64,000 nt of DNA from Minisyncoccota bacterium (GTDB lineage: Bacteria > Patescibacteriota > Minisyncoccia > Phycocordibacterales > UBA2100): NCBI GenBank assembly GCA_035559235.1, contig DATMBM010000010.1, positions 20,257 to 84,256 of the forward strand. The letters run 5' to 3'. The notes below the pieces were generated by a model. It searched no databases. It was not told the origin of the DNA and saw only the letters and a program-made list of their open reading frames with translations. The stretch's first letter is position 1, and each line of letters opens with the position of its first letter. The position numbers were made by a program, and so were the translations under genes. Below, in pieces: positions 49,330-58,819 of this stretch.

Positions 49330-49594
49330 AGTGGACGTATCCGGATGTCCCGATCCGCCTCCGCGTGCGCGGCCCCGCAGCATCAACGAGAAATGCGTGT
49401 CACGAGGACGCAGATTCTCGTACAGTGCTGTATCGGATTGCTTGGCTGATTCCCCCATATCATTCTAGTCGAAACTCGTCTAAAAGTCTTGCGCGCGCGG
49501 TGTGGATAGTCTCACTGTGTGGGTACCATCATGATGACGTAATGAACGCGCGCCAATAGCGGCGGATGGACAGAAATGCGGTATCATTGCATGT

Positions 49595-52312
49595 GTGAAT
49601 ACGTGGTACACGAAATCGATACCCGCGGTGCTTGAGGCGCTTCGAACGGCCGAGACAGGATTGACTGAGGACGAAGCGCGGCGGCGCCTCCAAGAGGCGG
49701 GACCAAACACGTTGCCCGAGCCGGAAGTAGAAAGTTATGTCGCGATATTCCTCCGGCAATTCAAAAGCCCGCTCATCTACATTCTTTTTGCCGCGGCGCT
49801 TTGCGTGTATTGGCTTGGTGACACCGCGGACTCGCTCGTGATCCTCGCGGTCCTCCTTTTCAATGCAGTTGTCGGTGCCATCCAGGAGGGGCGTGCGCAA
49901 AACACGCTGCGGGCGCTGCGCTCGTTTTCCGAAACGACGGCGACGGTGCTGCGCCTTGCCGGCAAGGGAGGATCTGCGGAAGAAAAAATCATTTCCGACG
50001 CAGGCGTTGTCCCGGGTGACATCATCATCCTGCGTGAAGGGGAAAAGGTTCCGGCGGATGCGCGCGTGATCGTCGCGCGCAACCTTGCCACGGACGAAGC
50101 GGCGCTTACCGGCGAGAGCGAGCCGGTCGTCAAAGGGACTGCGCCGCTTCTCAAGCCCGATCTACCCGTCGCCGAACAAAAGGCGATGGTGTTCAAAGGC
50201 ACTCATATCGTCGCCGGCTTCGGACACGCTGTCGTCGTCGCGACGGGGTCGCGCACGGAAATCGGCGCGATCGCACGCGAAATTTCCGGTGTGAAGGACG
50301 AGATCCCGCTGCAGCGGGACATACGAAAACTCTCGCGGGTCATCATCGGCGTCGTCGTCGCGATGAGCGTCATCCTCTTTTTTATCGGGCGGGCGATCGG
50401 CCACAGCGCGCAAGAGATGTTTGCGACCGTCGTGACGCTTTCGGTGTCCGTCATCCCTGAGGGACTTCCGGTCGTCATGACGATCGTGCTTGCGACGGGC
50501 GTGTGGCGTATGTCGAAGCGCAACGCCCTCGTCAAACGATTGCAGGCAGTCGAAGCGCTTGGCCAGGCGCGCGTCATCGCGACGGATAAGACCGGCACAA
50601 TTACCAAAAATGAAATGGTCGTGCAGCGCGTCTATGCCGGCGGCGAGACGTACGACGTCTCCGGCGTCGGGTACGAGCCTGAGGGAGCCGTCCATAAAGA
50701 CGGCGTCCGCATCGCCGCGAGCGAGCACGCCGATCTCCTCGAGGCGGCGCGCATCGCCGCCCTCGCCGCGAGCGCGCGCATCATCTATTCGGAAGAAGAA
50801 CGGCGCTGGTCCGTCGCTGGTGATCCGACCGAGGCGGCGCTCCAGGTGTTTGCACGCAAAGCGCAGCTCAGTCGCGACGAACTGGAAGCCGAGCATCCGC
50901 TCCTTGCTGAAATCCCGTTCGATTCATCCCGCAAGTACAAGGCGATGCTCCACAAGGACAAGCGCGGCGGACGGCTGTCGGTCGTCGGCGCGCCTGAGGT
51001 GGTGCTGACGCTTTCCTCATCCGTCGTGCGCGCGGGTAAGAAAATGGCGCTCACGAAGGCGATGCGAGAGGAGATCGAGGGCACCATTCAGCATTTCTCG
51101 CGCCAGGGACTGCGCGTCGTCGCGCTCGCGCGCGCGAATGCAGCGGCAACGAACACGCTGGCCGAAAACGACATCCACGGACTCACCTTTGTCGCGCTCA
51201 TCGGCATGAAGGACGGGCTTCGCGAGGGCGTGCACGACGCGCTCGCGCAAGCGCGCGACGCCGGGCTTCGCGTCGTCATGATTACGGGCGATCATGCCGT
51301 GACCGCGCGCGCGATAGCGCAGGAAGCCGGCATTTTCAAAGTGGGCGAGAAAACGCTGACCGGCGACGAGATCGATTCTCTTTCCGACGAAGAGCTCGCG
51401 CGCGCCGTTGAGCGCGTCTCGGTGTTCGCACGAGTGACACCCGCACACAAATTACGCATCGTGAGCGCGTACAAGGCGCGCGGCGAAATCATCGCGATGA
51501 CGGGAGATGGGGTGAATGACGCGCCGTCGCTGGTCGCCGCGGACCTCGGCGTCGGTATGGGGAAGATCGGCACGGAAGTCGCGAAGGAAGCATCTGATAT
51601 TGTCCTCCTCGACGATAATTTCTATTCGATCGTCGCGGCCATCGAAGAAGGCCGCAACATTTACAAGACCATCAAGAAGGTCATTTTGTATTTGTTTTCG
51701 ACATCGGTGGGCGAGGTGCTCACCATCGCAGGCGCGCTGTTCGTGTCGCTGCCTTTGCCGCTTTTGCCTGCGCAAATCATCTGGCTCAATCTTGTGACAG
51801 ATGGTTTCTTGACTATCGCGCTCGGCATGGAGCCGAAGGATCAGAACCTGCTGTCGGAAGAGTTTGGCAAGGCGGAACGGTCGCTTGTCGATCGCCTCAC
51901 GTTTACGCGCATGGTGGTGATGGGCGTGCCGATGGCGCTCGGCACACTTTTCCTTTTCAGCCTGTACCTCGACGACATGGCGAAGGCGCTCACAGTTTCT
52001 CTCACGGCGCTTGCCGTCTTCCAGTGGGTGAACGCGTGGAACTGCAGGAGTGAGAAAGAATCGGTGTTTACGACAAATCCGATTTCCAATATCTACCTCG
52101 TCGCGGCGCTCTTTGTGGTGATCGCACTGCAACTGGTCGCTGTCTATAATCCGTTTGCGCAAACGCTTCTCCACACGACGGCGCTCACGTGGTTCGACTG
52201 GCTCCTCATCGTCCCCGTCGCATTTACGGTGCTCTTTGCCGAGGAAGCGCGCAAATGGATCACGCGCCGCGTTGATTCCATTGCCATTCCGGGTGTGTTG
52301 GCACGGTCTTAA
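49595..52312 (+). CDS. Cation-transporting P-type ATPase (type II, Ca2+-like)
   Basis: TGES, PEGLP, DKTGT, TGD, GDGVNDAP. Confidence 0.95.
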   Translation: MNTWYTKSIPAVLEALRTAETGLTEDEARRRLQEAGPNTLPEPEVESYVAIFLRQFKSPLIYILFAAALCVYWLGDTADSLVILAVLLFNAVVGAIQEGRAQNTLRALRSFSETTATVLRLAGKGGSAEEKIISDAGVVPGDIIILREGEKVPADARVIVARNLATDEAALTGESEPVVKGTAPLLKPDLPVAEQKAMVFKGTHIVAGFGHAVVVATGSRTEIGAIAREISGVKDEIPLQRDIRKLSRVIIGVVVAMSVILFFIGRAIGHSAQEMFATVVTLSVSVIPEGLPVVMTIVLATGVWRMSKRNALVKRLQAVEALGQARVIATDKTGTITKNEMVVQRVYAGGETYDVSGVGYEPEGAVHKDGVRIAASEHADLLEAARIAALAASARIIYSEEERRWSVAGDPTEAALQVFARKAQLSRDELEAEHPLLAEIPFDSSRKYKAMLHKDKRGGRLSVVGAPEVVLTLSSSVVRAGKKMALTKAMREEIEGTIQHFSRQGLRVVALARANAAATNTLAENDIHGLTFVALIGMKDGLREGVHDALAQARDAGLRVVMITGDHAVTARAIAQEAGIFKVGEKTLTGDEIDSLSDEELARAVERVSVFARVTPAHKLRIVSAYKARGEIIAMTGDGVNDAPSLVAADLGVGMGKIGTEVAKEASDIVLLDDNFYSIVAAIEEGRNIYKTIKKVILYLFSTSVGEVLTIAGALFVSLPLPLLPAQIIWLNLVTDGFLTIALGMEPKDQNLLSEEFGKAERSLVDRLTFTRMVVMGVPMALGTLFLFSLYLDDMAKALTVSLTALAVFQWVNAWNCRSEKESVFTTNPISNIYLVAALFVVIALQLVAVYNPFAQTLLHTTALTWFDWLLIVPVAFTVLFAEEARKWITRRVDSIAIPGVLARS

Positions 52313-52467
52313 TTGTTCTTTCATACGGCGCTGCTAGCATCAGATGCGAGTCGACGTTAGCAGAAGCTAATACCGTCCTCGTTATGGATAACGAAAACGA
52401 CGGCCGCAGCGACCAAGGTGAAGACCAGACGTAGCTGCGCCTCGACAGCCTGAACATACGCGCCCGT

Positions 52468-52498
52468 TGCCACAGCGCCCCTTCGGGGCGTTGTGGCA
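52468..52498. terminator. Strong hairpin with a cUUCGg loop
   Basis: TGCCACAGCGCCC-CTTCG-GGGCGTTGTGGCA. Confidence 0.6.
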
Positions 52499-52588
52499 CA
52501 GTATCGTGAGGCGCATCTACGGCTGGCTCCGCGCTCGGCAGTTTGATACAATCTTCGTATACGCGTACGACTCTCAATCGGAATTCTT

Positions 52589-53221
52589 GTGTGCCTGCTT
52601 CTGGTACCTGTGCTGAGCGCGGCGCAGGAGCTGCGCATCGTCGAGGGCCCGTCGGTCACAGTCGATGATCCGGAAGCGTACCGGGCGTACTACGGCAAGC
52701 TCGCGGGCGAAGAGCATGTGTACCACATCGAGTCGGCAGACCCGTTCCGTCTTTCTGTCGTGATTTTGACGCCGAACGTCGAAGGGGCACGCACCGATTT
52801 TTCCGCCGCCGTGTACGACAAGATCGACACTGACGAGCCGGTGATCGTACTCGACGGGACGGTATCCGAATGGCAGTGGTTCTTCGATACTGCGGGACGC
52901 GATGAATATCTTGCCGGGCCGGTATTGCGGGGCGGTCTCCCACAGGGCGCCTACGAGGTCCGCGTTTCTAATCCCGATAACCAAGGCGCATACGTGCTCG
53001 TCCTCGGCGAAGACAGCTGGTTTTCCAATTCGGGCCTCATCAGCCGCTATAGCGCCCTGCCCACCATCAAGACGGAATTCTTCGGAAAGCCTGCCTCGCA
53101 GGCATACGTGACGCCGCTCCTTATGTGGCCGGTTATTGCGCTCCTGATCGTCATCACAATCATAGTTTTTGCGCTCTACATTGTCCGCAGACGCCGCGCT
53201 CCGGCAGAGATCGCGATATAG
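52589..53221 (+). CDS. Exported protein with a C-terminal TM anchor
   Basis: Signal-like N-terminus; C-terminal TM followed by RRRR; start uncertain. Confidence 0.7.
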   Translation: MCLLLVPVLSAAQELRIVEGPSVTVDDPEAYRAYYGKLAGEEHVYHIESADPFRLSVVILTPNVEGARTDFSAAVYDKIDTDEPVIVLDGTVSEWQWFFDTAGRDEYLAGPVLRGGLPQGAYEVRVSNPDNQGAYVLVLGEDSWFSNSGLISRYSALPTIKTEFFGKPASQAYVTPLLMWPVIALLIVITIIVFALYIVRRRRAPAEIAI

Positions 53222-53284
53222 GCACGGCGGCGCTGCGCACTCTTTCACCTCCATTTCACCGGTAAGAACCGATACTGGAAGCGG

Positions 53285-53312
53285 TCCGCCTCGGCTCGCG
53301 AGGCGAGACGGG
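53285..53312 (-). repeat. Second copy of the short palindromic element
   Basis: Reverse complement CCCGTCTCGC-CTC-GCGAGCCGAGGCGGA matches 12220-12248 except in the loop. Confidence 0.85.
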
Positions 53313-53371
53313 TCGAGTTGAGGAGCTTAATCATCGCCCCCGAGCGCAGCGGTGCAACGGGGTACCATAGT

Positions 53372-53599
53372 ATGGTAAAGAAATACCTTGCAAGCCTTTG
53401 GGCTGCTGCGCTCTGGATGTTCGCTGGCGTCGCGAGCGCACAGACGACAAGTCCGACAACGACCGCGACAACGACGCCTGGCGTCCCGGACACGGGAGCA
53501 GGAGACGTCGTCATGAACAGCGTCGTTCTCGGAGCTGTGGCGATCATCGCAATCGGTGCGGCTGCGTACCTCTACTACATGAGGAGCCCGAACGGATAG
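53372..53599 (+). CDS. Minimal sortase-substrate-like protein
   Basis: Signal peptide ending ASA, Thr-rich spacer, VPDTG, C-terminal TM. Confidence 0.75.
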   Translation: MVKKYLASLWAAALWMFAGVASAQTTSPTTTATTTPGVPDTGAGDVVMNSVVLGAVAIIAIGAAAYLYYMRSPNG

Positions 53600-53657
53600 T
53601 TGTGCAGAATCGCGGGCGTCTGCGTAAGGCAGACGCCCGCCGGTTGTCTGTATGTAT

Positions 53658-54269
53658 ATGATACGTTGGACACTCAACGTCGCACTTGTCGTCATACTCA
53701 CGGCAGCTGCTGCGGTATTTACATTCGTTTTTATCCGCACGTTTTTCTATTTGCCGGACGAGGAAATTCGCGCGCCGCCCGGAGAAACGCTCGAAGAGGC
53801 AGTCGATCCGACGCAGCATCCGGCGCGGCTCGTCATTCCCGCGATTGGCGTCGATGCAGACGTACAACATGTCGGCATCAACGAAGCGGGGAACATGGCG
53901 ACGCCGAGCAATTTTGAAGATGTCGGTTGGTACAAATACGGTGTTGCGCCCGGCGGAAGAGGGAGTGCGGTGATCGCCGGACATGTCGACAACAGCCTCG
54001 GGTTGCCCGGCGTCTTCAAGCGGCTCAATGAACTCAAGTCGGGCGACGATATTTTCGTCGAATCGGCAAGCGGCGAGCGGCAGCACTTCGTCATCGTCTC
54101 AACTCGCTCATATCCCTACGACGACGTGCCGGTCGACGTCGTCTTCAACCCCCAAGGTTCCGCGCGCCTCAATCTCATCACGTGTGAGGGCCGGTGGCTT
54201 TCTGAAAACCGGACATACGACCAACGGCTCGTCGTGTTTGCGCGCCTTGCAAACGAAACCGAAACCTAA
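53658..54269 (+). CDS. Class F sortase
   Basis: RLVIPAIG, VGWY, IAGHVD, LNLITC, YDQRLVV (His-Cys-Arg triad). Confidence 0.9.
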   Translation: MIRWTLNVALVVILTAAAAVFTFVFIRTFFYLPDEEIRAPPGETLEEAVDPTQHPARLVIPAIGVDADVQHVGINEAGNMATPSNFEDVGWYKYGVAPGGRGSAVIAGHVDNSLGLPGVFKRLNELKSGDDIFVESASGERQHFVIVSTRSYPYDDVPVDVVFNPQGSARLNLITCEGRWLSENRTYDQRLVVFARLANETET

Positions 54270-54345
54270 GCCTAAACGATCAGCACGATACATTACAGCA
54301 CGTATTTCATCTCGCCGTCATCTGACGGTACGGTATACTGAGCTC

Positions 54346-55119
54346 ATGCTTAAATACGTCGGTTTTGCGCTCGTCGCGATCATCCTCGTCTTGAGCGGCT
54401 ACCACCTCATCTTGTCGCAACAGCAGCCCGTCCCTTCTGGCGGCGAAGAAATGGCCGTGCGGGGCGAATTTGTGAACTATTTTGAAAATCGCCAAGGGTA
54501 TTACGCGGAGCCCGTTGCGGGCGGAAACTACCCCGGCGTTATCATGGTGCACGAATGGTGGGGTTTGAACGACAACATCGCAGGGATGGCGGAAGAGCTG
54601 GCCGCGCAAGGATATCGCGTACTTGCCGTTGACCTATTTGGCACGGTCGCGGCAACCTCAAGCGAAGCGCAGCGGCAAGTCGCGGCGCTCGACCAGGCGA
54701 AGGCCATCGAAAACATGAAGACCGCTGAGCGATACTTGCGCGACAGGGGATCTCAAAGGATCGCGTCGTTGGGCTGGTGCTTCGGCGGCGCGCAGTCGTT
54801 GCAACTCGCACTCTCGGAAAGCGAGGAACTCGATGCGACGGTGATTTACTACGGCACGCTGACGGACGATCGCAATCGACTCCAAAATATCTCGTGGCCG
54901 GTGCTTGGGGTCTTTGGCGCGGAGGACCAGTCGATTTCAACTTCGTCAGTGACGGCATTTGAAAACGCGCTCAACGAGCTGGGAATCGAAAATGAAATAT
55001 ACGTCTATCCGGGAGTCGGTCATGCGTTCGCCAACCCGTCGAACCCGAACTACGCGCCGCGCGAGACGGCCGATGCGTGGGCGAAGACCTTGGCATTTCT
55101 TGAGCAGCATTTGAAGTAA
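54346..55119 (+). CDS. Dienelactone hydrolase family protein
   Basis: HEWWGLN, GWCFGG, GHAFAN. Confidence 0.9.
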   Translation: MLKYVGFALVAIILVLSGYHLILSQQQPVPSGGEEMAVRGEFVNYFENRQGYYAEPVAGGNYPGVIMVHEWWGLNDNIAGMAEELAAQGYRVLAVDLFGTVAATSSEAQRQVAALDQAKAIENMKTAERYLRDRGSQRIASLGWCFGGAQSLQLALSESEELDATVIYYGTLTDDRNRLQNISWPVLGVFGAEDQSISTSSVTAFENALNELGIENEIYVYPGVGHAFANPSNPNYAPRETADAWAKTLAFLEQHLK

Positions 55120-55120
55120 C

Positions 55121-56299
55121 ATGCGCGTCGCGGCTGCGGTCATCGCGTCACTCGTCCTCTTGGGCGGCATGGCGGCGCTTGTCTACTGGCTTTCAACGAC
55201 ACCGCGGCTCCAGGTAGGCGAGATGCGGAATATCGGCGAAGAGCTGCTCGATCCTTCGGTGCCGGTCGCATACGAAATCGAAGAGGTCGCCCGCGGGCTC
55301 GAAGTGCCGTGGTCGATCGTGTTTACGTCCGAAAACCGCATGCTCGTGAGCGAGCGCCCTGGTCGCATCCGCGTCATTGAAAACGGGGTAGTACGCGAAG
55401 ATCCGCTGCACACGTTTCCTGACGTATCGTCGCGTGCGGAAGAAGGTCTCATGTCGCTTGCGCTGCATCCGCAGTACGACTCGACGCGGTGGGTATATGC
55501 GGTGTATGCGTACGCGTCCGGCAACGAAATGTTCGATCGCGTCGTCCGGTTTCGCGACGAGGGAGATTCTATTTCGGGACTCACGATAATTCTCGACCGT
55601 ATTCCCGCGGCGCGATTCCATGCCGGGTCGCGTCTCGCGTTCGGTCCGGACGGGAAACTCTACGTCACGACTGGGGACGCGACGAACCGCACGATCGCAC
55701 AAGACCTGGATTCGCTCGGCGGCAAGATACTTCGTCTCAACGACGATGGCTCGATCCCGAGCGACAATCCGTTCCCGAATTCGCCCGTGTGGAGTTACGG
55801 CCACCGCAATCCGCAAGGAATTGCGTGGGATACGAGCGGAAACCTCTATGAGACCGAGCACGGCCCATCCGGTTTTGACGGCCCCGGTGGCGGGGACGAA
55901 GTGAATCGCATCGTCAAAGGCGGCAATTACGGCTGGCCCCTGGTATCGCACAACGAGACACAGGAGGGCACGGTAGCGCCGCTTCTTGTCTTTACGCCGG
56001 CCGAGGCGCCAGGATCTGCACTTGTATATTCCGGCCGCGCATTTCCGCAATTCGAGGGTAATCTCTTTTTTGGCGCGCTTATCGGTGAGGGATTGATCCG
56101 CGTGGTGATTGACGAAAACGATGCCGACCGAATCGTGCGGTACGAGAAACTGTCCGACGTACGATTCGGACGCATCAGGGAAGTGACCGAAGGTCCTGAC
56201 GGAGCGATCTATTTCTCAACATCGAATCGTGACGGCCGGGGCGATCCGGCAGCGACCGATGATCGCATTTTTCGGATGATTCCGGTCGGGCTAGAATAG
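55121..56299 (+). CDS. PQQ-dependent glucose/sorbosone dehydrogenase family
   Basis: ERPGR, H.GSRL.FGPDG, GHRNPQG, DEVN, NYGWP. Confidence 0.9.
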   Translation: MRVAAAVIASLVLLGGMAALVYWLSTTPRLQVGEMRNIGEELLDPSVPVAYEIEEVARGLEVPWSIVFTSENRMLVSERPGRIRVIENGVVREDPLHTFPDVSSRAEEGLMSLALHPQYDSTRWVYAVYAYASGNEMFDRVVRFRDEGDSISGLTIILDRIPAARFHAGSRLAFGPDGKLYVTTGDATNRTIAQDLDSLGGKILRLNDDGSIPSDNPFPNSPVWSYGHRNPQGIAWDTSGNLYETEHGPSGFDGPGGGDEVNRIVKGGNYGWPLVSHNETQEGTVAPLLVFTPAEAPGSALVYSGRAFPQFEGNLFFGALIGEGLIRVVIDENDADRIVRYEKLSDVRFGRIREVTEGPDGAIYFSTSNRDGRGDPAATDDRIFRMIPVGLE

Positions 56300-56303
56300 C
56301 GAG

Positions 56304-57533
56304 ATGAACGATAGTCCCTGGCGGCGTGCGCTTAAACAGCTTGAACGCGCCGCGGCGATTGTCGAACTCGATCCCGAATTGCACGAACGTCTGCAAAATC
56401 CCGACAAACTCCTCGAAGTCGATGTGCCGTTCACCACGGACGGCGGTGAGACAAAGACCGTCCGCGGATATCGCGTACAGCACAACAACATCCTGGGGCC
56501 GTACAAAGGGGGGCTTCGTTACCACGACAAAGTTGATCTGGAGGAAGCAAAAGCGCTCGCGTTTTTGATGACGATGAAAAATGCGCTCGTCGGCGTGCCG
56601 TTTGGGGGAGGAAAGGGCGGCATGCAAGTAAATCCAAAAGAGCTTTCCGAAGGAGAGCTCGAGCGTCTGACGCGCTCGTTTACGCAGAAACTTGCACTCC
56701 ATATCGGCCCGGAGCGCGACGTGCCCGCGCCGGACGTCAACACGAACGCGCAAGTCATGCACTGGATCGCAGACGAATTTTCGAAACTTCTCGGCTCGCA
56801 TACGCCGGCGGTCGTGACCGGCAAGCCGATTGAACATGGCGGCTCCGAAGGGCGCACCGAAGCGACAGGGCTCGGGGGCTCATACGTGTTGCTTGCGATA
56901 TTAAAAAAACTCGGTCATGACCCGAAGGGAATGACAGTCGCGATCCAGGGATTCGGCAATGTCGGTAGTTTTCTTGCGCAGTATCTGCATGAGGCGGGGA
57001 TGGTGATTGTCGCGCTTTCGGATTCGAAAAGCGCCGTATACGCGCCCGAGGGGATCGATCCGGCGCTTGCAGGGCACTACAAAAAGGAAAAAGGATTCCT
57101 CCTCGGTTTCGCGGGCACGGACATCGGTCCCGACGGGCTGTTGACGCTCCCAGTCGACGTAGTTGTGCCGGCAGCGCTTGAAAATGCGATCACCGAGGCG
57201 AATGCGGCCGAGGTGCGGGCACGCATCGTCTTAGAGATGGCGAACGGCCCGACGACGCTCGAGGCGGATGCGATTCTCAACGAACGCGGCGCTATCGTCA
57301 TTCCCGATATTCTGGCAAACGCCGGCGGGGTCGCCGTCAGTTATTTTGAATGGTTGCAGAACAAAAGCGGGCAGCGGTGGAGCCGCGAGCAAGTCTTCGT
57401 AGAGTTGCGACGCAAGATGGAATCAGCCACCGACAAAGTGTTCTTTATGTCGCGCGCACGCGGGCTTTCGCTGCGGGATGCGGCGTATGCGACTGCCCTG
57501 AAAAACCTTCAGGACCGGATGGCGGTGACGTAG
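56304..57533 (+). CDS. Glu/Leu/Phe/Val dehydrogenase, glutamate dehydrogenase-like
   Basis: GPYKGG, GGGKGG, DVPAPD, QGFGNVG, PDILANAGGV. Confidence 0.92.
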   Translation: MNDSPWRRALKQLERAAAIVELDPELHERLQNPDKLLEVDVPFTTDGGETKTVRGYRVQHNNILGPYKGGLRYHDKVDLEEAKALAFLMTMKNALVGVPFGGGKGGMQVNPKELSEGELERLTRSFTQKLALHIGPERDVPAPDVNTNAQVMHWIADEFSKLLGSHTPAVVTGKPIEHGGSEGRTEATGLGGSYVLLAILKKLGHDPKGMTVAIQGFGNVGSFLAQYLHEAGMVIVALSDSKSAVYAPEGIDPALAGHYKKEKGFLLGFAGTDIGPDGLLTLPVDVVVPAALENAITEANAAEVRARIVLEMANGPTTLEADAILNERGAIVIPDILANAGGVAVSYFEWLQNKSGQRWSREQVFVELRRKMESATDKVFFMSRARGLSLRDAAYATALKNLQDRMAVT

Positions 57534-57580
57534 CCGACAATTTGATATCATGAGGCGCATAGCCATAATCACGCATCGCT

Positions 57581-58087
57581 ATGGGTAACTGGGTTATCGG
57601 GGGCATTATCGTTGTCATTCTCGCGGTCGGCGGGTACGTATTCTTCGTCCAAGAGGAAGGTGGAACGGAACAAGACACGATCGCACCGATGCAGAACAAT
57701 TCCAACTCTATCTCGGGGTCAGACGAAGACGTAGTGACCGACACGCAAGACGATGGAGCGAGCGATACGATGGCGGGAAAGAATGGGTCGTACAGCGACT
57801 ATTCGCCGGAAAAATTGGCGCTCGCACACGAAGGAAAGGTCCTTTTGTACTTCCACGCGGATTGGTGTCCGATTTGTCGCCCACTGGATGCAGAGTTTCG
57901 CGCCAAAGAATCTACACTCTCGGGTGTCCACATTCTCAAAGTGGATTATGACACCGCGACCGCGCTGAAGCAGAAGTACGGTGTCACGTACCAGCACACG
58001 TTCGTACAGGTAGATGCTGGAGGCAACCTGATCGCGAAGTGGGGGGATGCAACGAATCTTGCCGCCGTCCTCGCCAGGGTACAATAG
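57581..58087 (+). CDS. Membrane-anchored thioredoxin-like protein
   Basis: WCPIC; N-terminal TM. Confidence 0.88.
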   Translation: MGNWVIGGIIVVILAVGGYVFFVQEEGGTEQDTIAPMQNNSNSISGSDEDVVTDTQDDGASDTMAGKNGSYSDYSPEKLALAHEGKVLLYFHADWCPICRPLDAEFRAKESTLSGVHILKVDYDTATALKQKYGVTYQHTFVQVDAGGNLIAKWGDATNLAAVLARVQ

Positions 58088-58090
58088 GGC

Positions 58091-58819
58091 ATGACGCTCC
58101 TCGCAATCTCCTTCATATCAGGCGTCCTCACCGTGCTGGCGCCGTGTATCTTGCCGCTCTTGCCGGTCGTCGTAGGCACGTCGGCGACTGCGCGCTCAAA
58201 AGCAACGCCCTACATCGTCGTCGGCTCACTTGCGCTCTCGATCATCCTCTTTACGTATCTCTTGAAATTCTCGACGGCGCTCATCATGGTCCCGTCGGAA
58301 TTTTGGACGTATTTGTCGGGTGGCATCCTGATTATATTTGGGTTCACGCTCTTGTTTCCGGCGTTGTGGGAACGACTCCCTGGCGTGGCGCGGCTCTCAG
58401 CCCGTTCCAACCAGCTCGTCGGCACCGGGTATCAGAAGAAAAGTTTTTGGGGAGATGTTCTTATCGGCGCTGCGCTCGGACCGGTTTTTTCATCGTGCTC
58501 GCCAACATACTTCGTCATTTTGGCATCGGTCTTGCCGGCGTCGTTTGCGCTCGGCTCACTGTATCTTTTCGCCTATGCCGCGGGGCTTTCACTCGTACTT
58601 CTGCTCATTGCGCTTCTGGGCCAGCGCTTCACAGATAGACTCACGGGTTTGAGCGATTCACGCGGCTGGTTTAAACGCTCCATCGGCATTCTCTTTATCG
58701 TCGTCGGCATTGCAATCGCCTCCGGATACGAAAAACAATTCGAGATATGGCTGCTGGAGAGCGGCTATGTTGACGTCGTTGACTTTGAGCAAGGAATTCT
58801 TGACCGGGTCCAGCTATGA
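58091..58819 (+). CDS. CcdA/DsbD family membrane protein
   Basis: APCILPLLP and SSCSP cysteines. Confidence 0.88.
   Translation: MTLLAISFISGVLTVLAPCILPLLPVVVGTSATARSKATPYIVVGSLALSIILFTYLLKFSTALIMVPSEFWTYLSGGILIIFGFTLLFPALWERLPGVARLSARSNQLVGTGYQKKSFWGDVLIGAALGPVFSSCSPTYFVILASVLPASFALGSLYLFAYAAGLSLVLLLIALLGQRFTDRLTGLSDSRGWFKRSIGILFIVVGIAIASGYEKQFEIWLLESGYVDVVDFEQGILDRVQL

Noticed and set aside
49330-49470. Riboswitch in the structured leader of the epimerase gene
   Set aside because: A long hairpin is present, but I could not match it convincingly to c-di-AMP, c-di-GMP or other known aptamers
53240-53345. tmRNA, suggested by GGGGGCGA and CACCTCCA-like ends
   Set aside because: The two pieces lie on opposite strands, there is no T-loop, and the segment is too short
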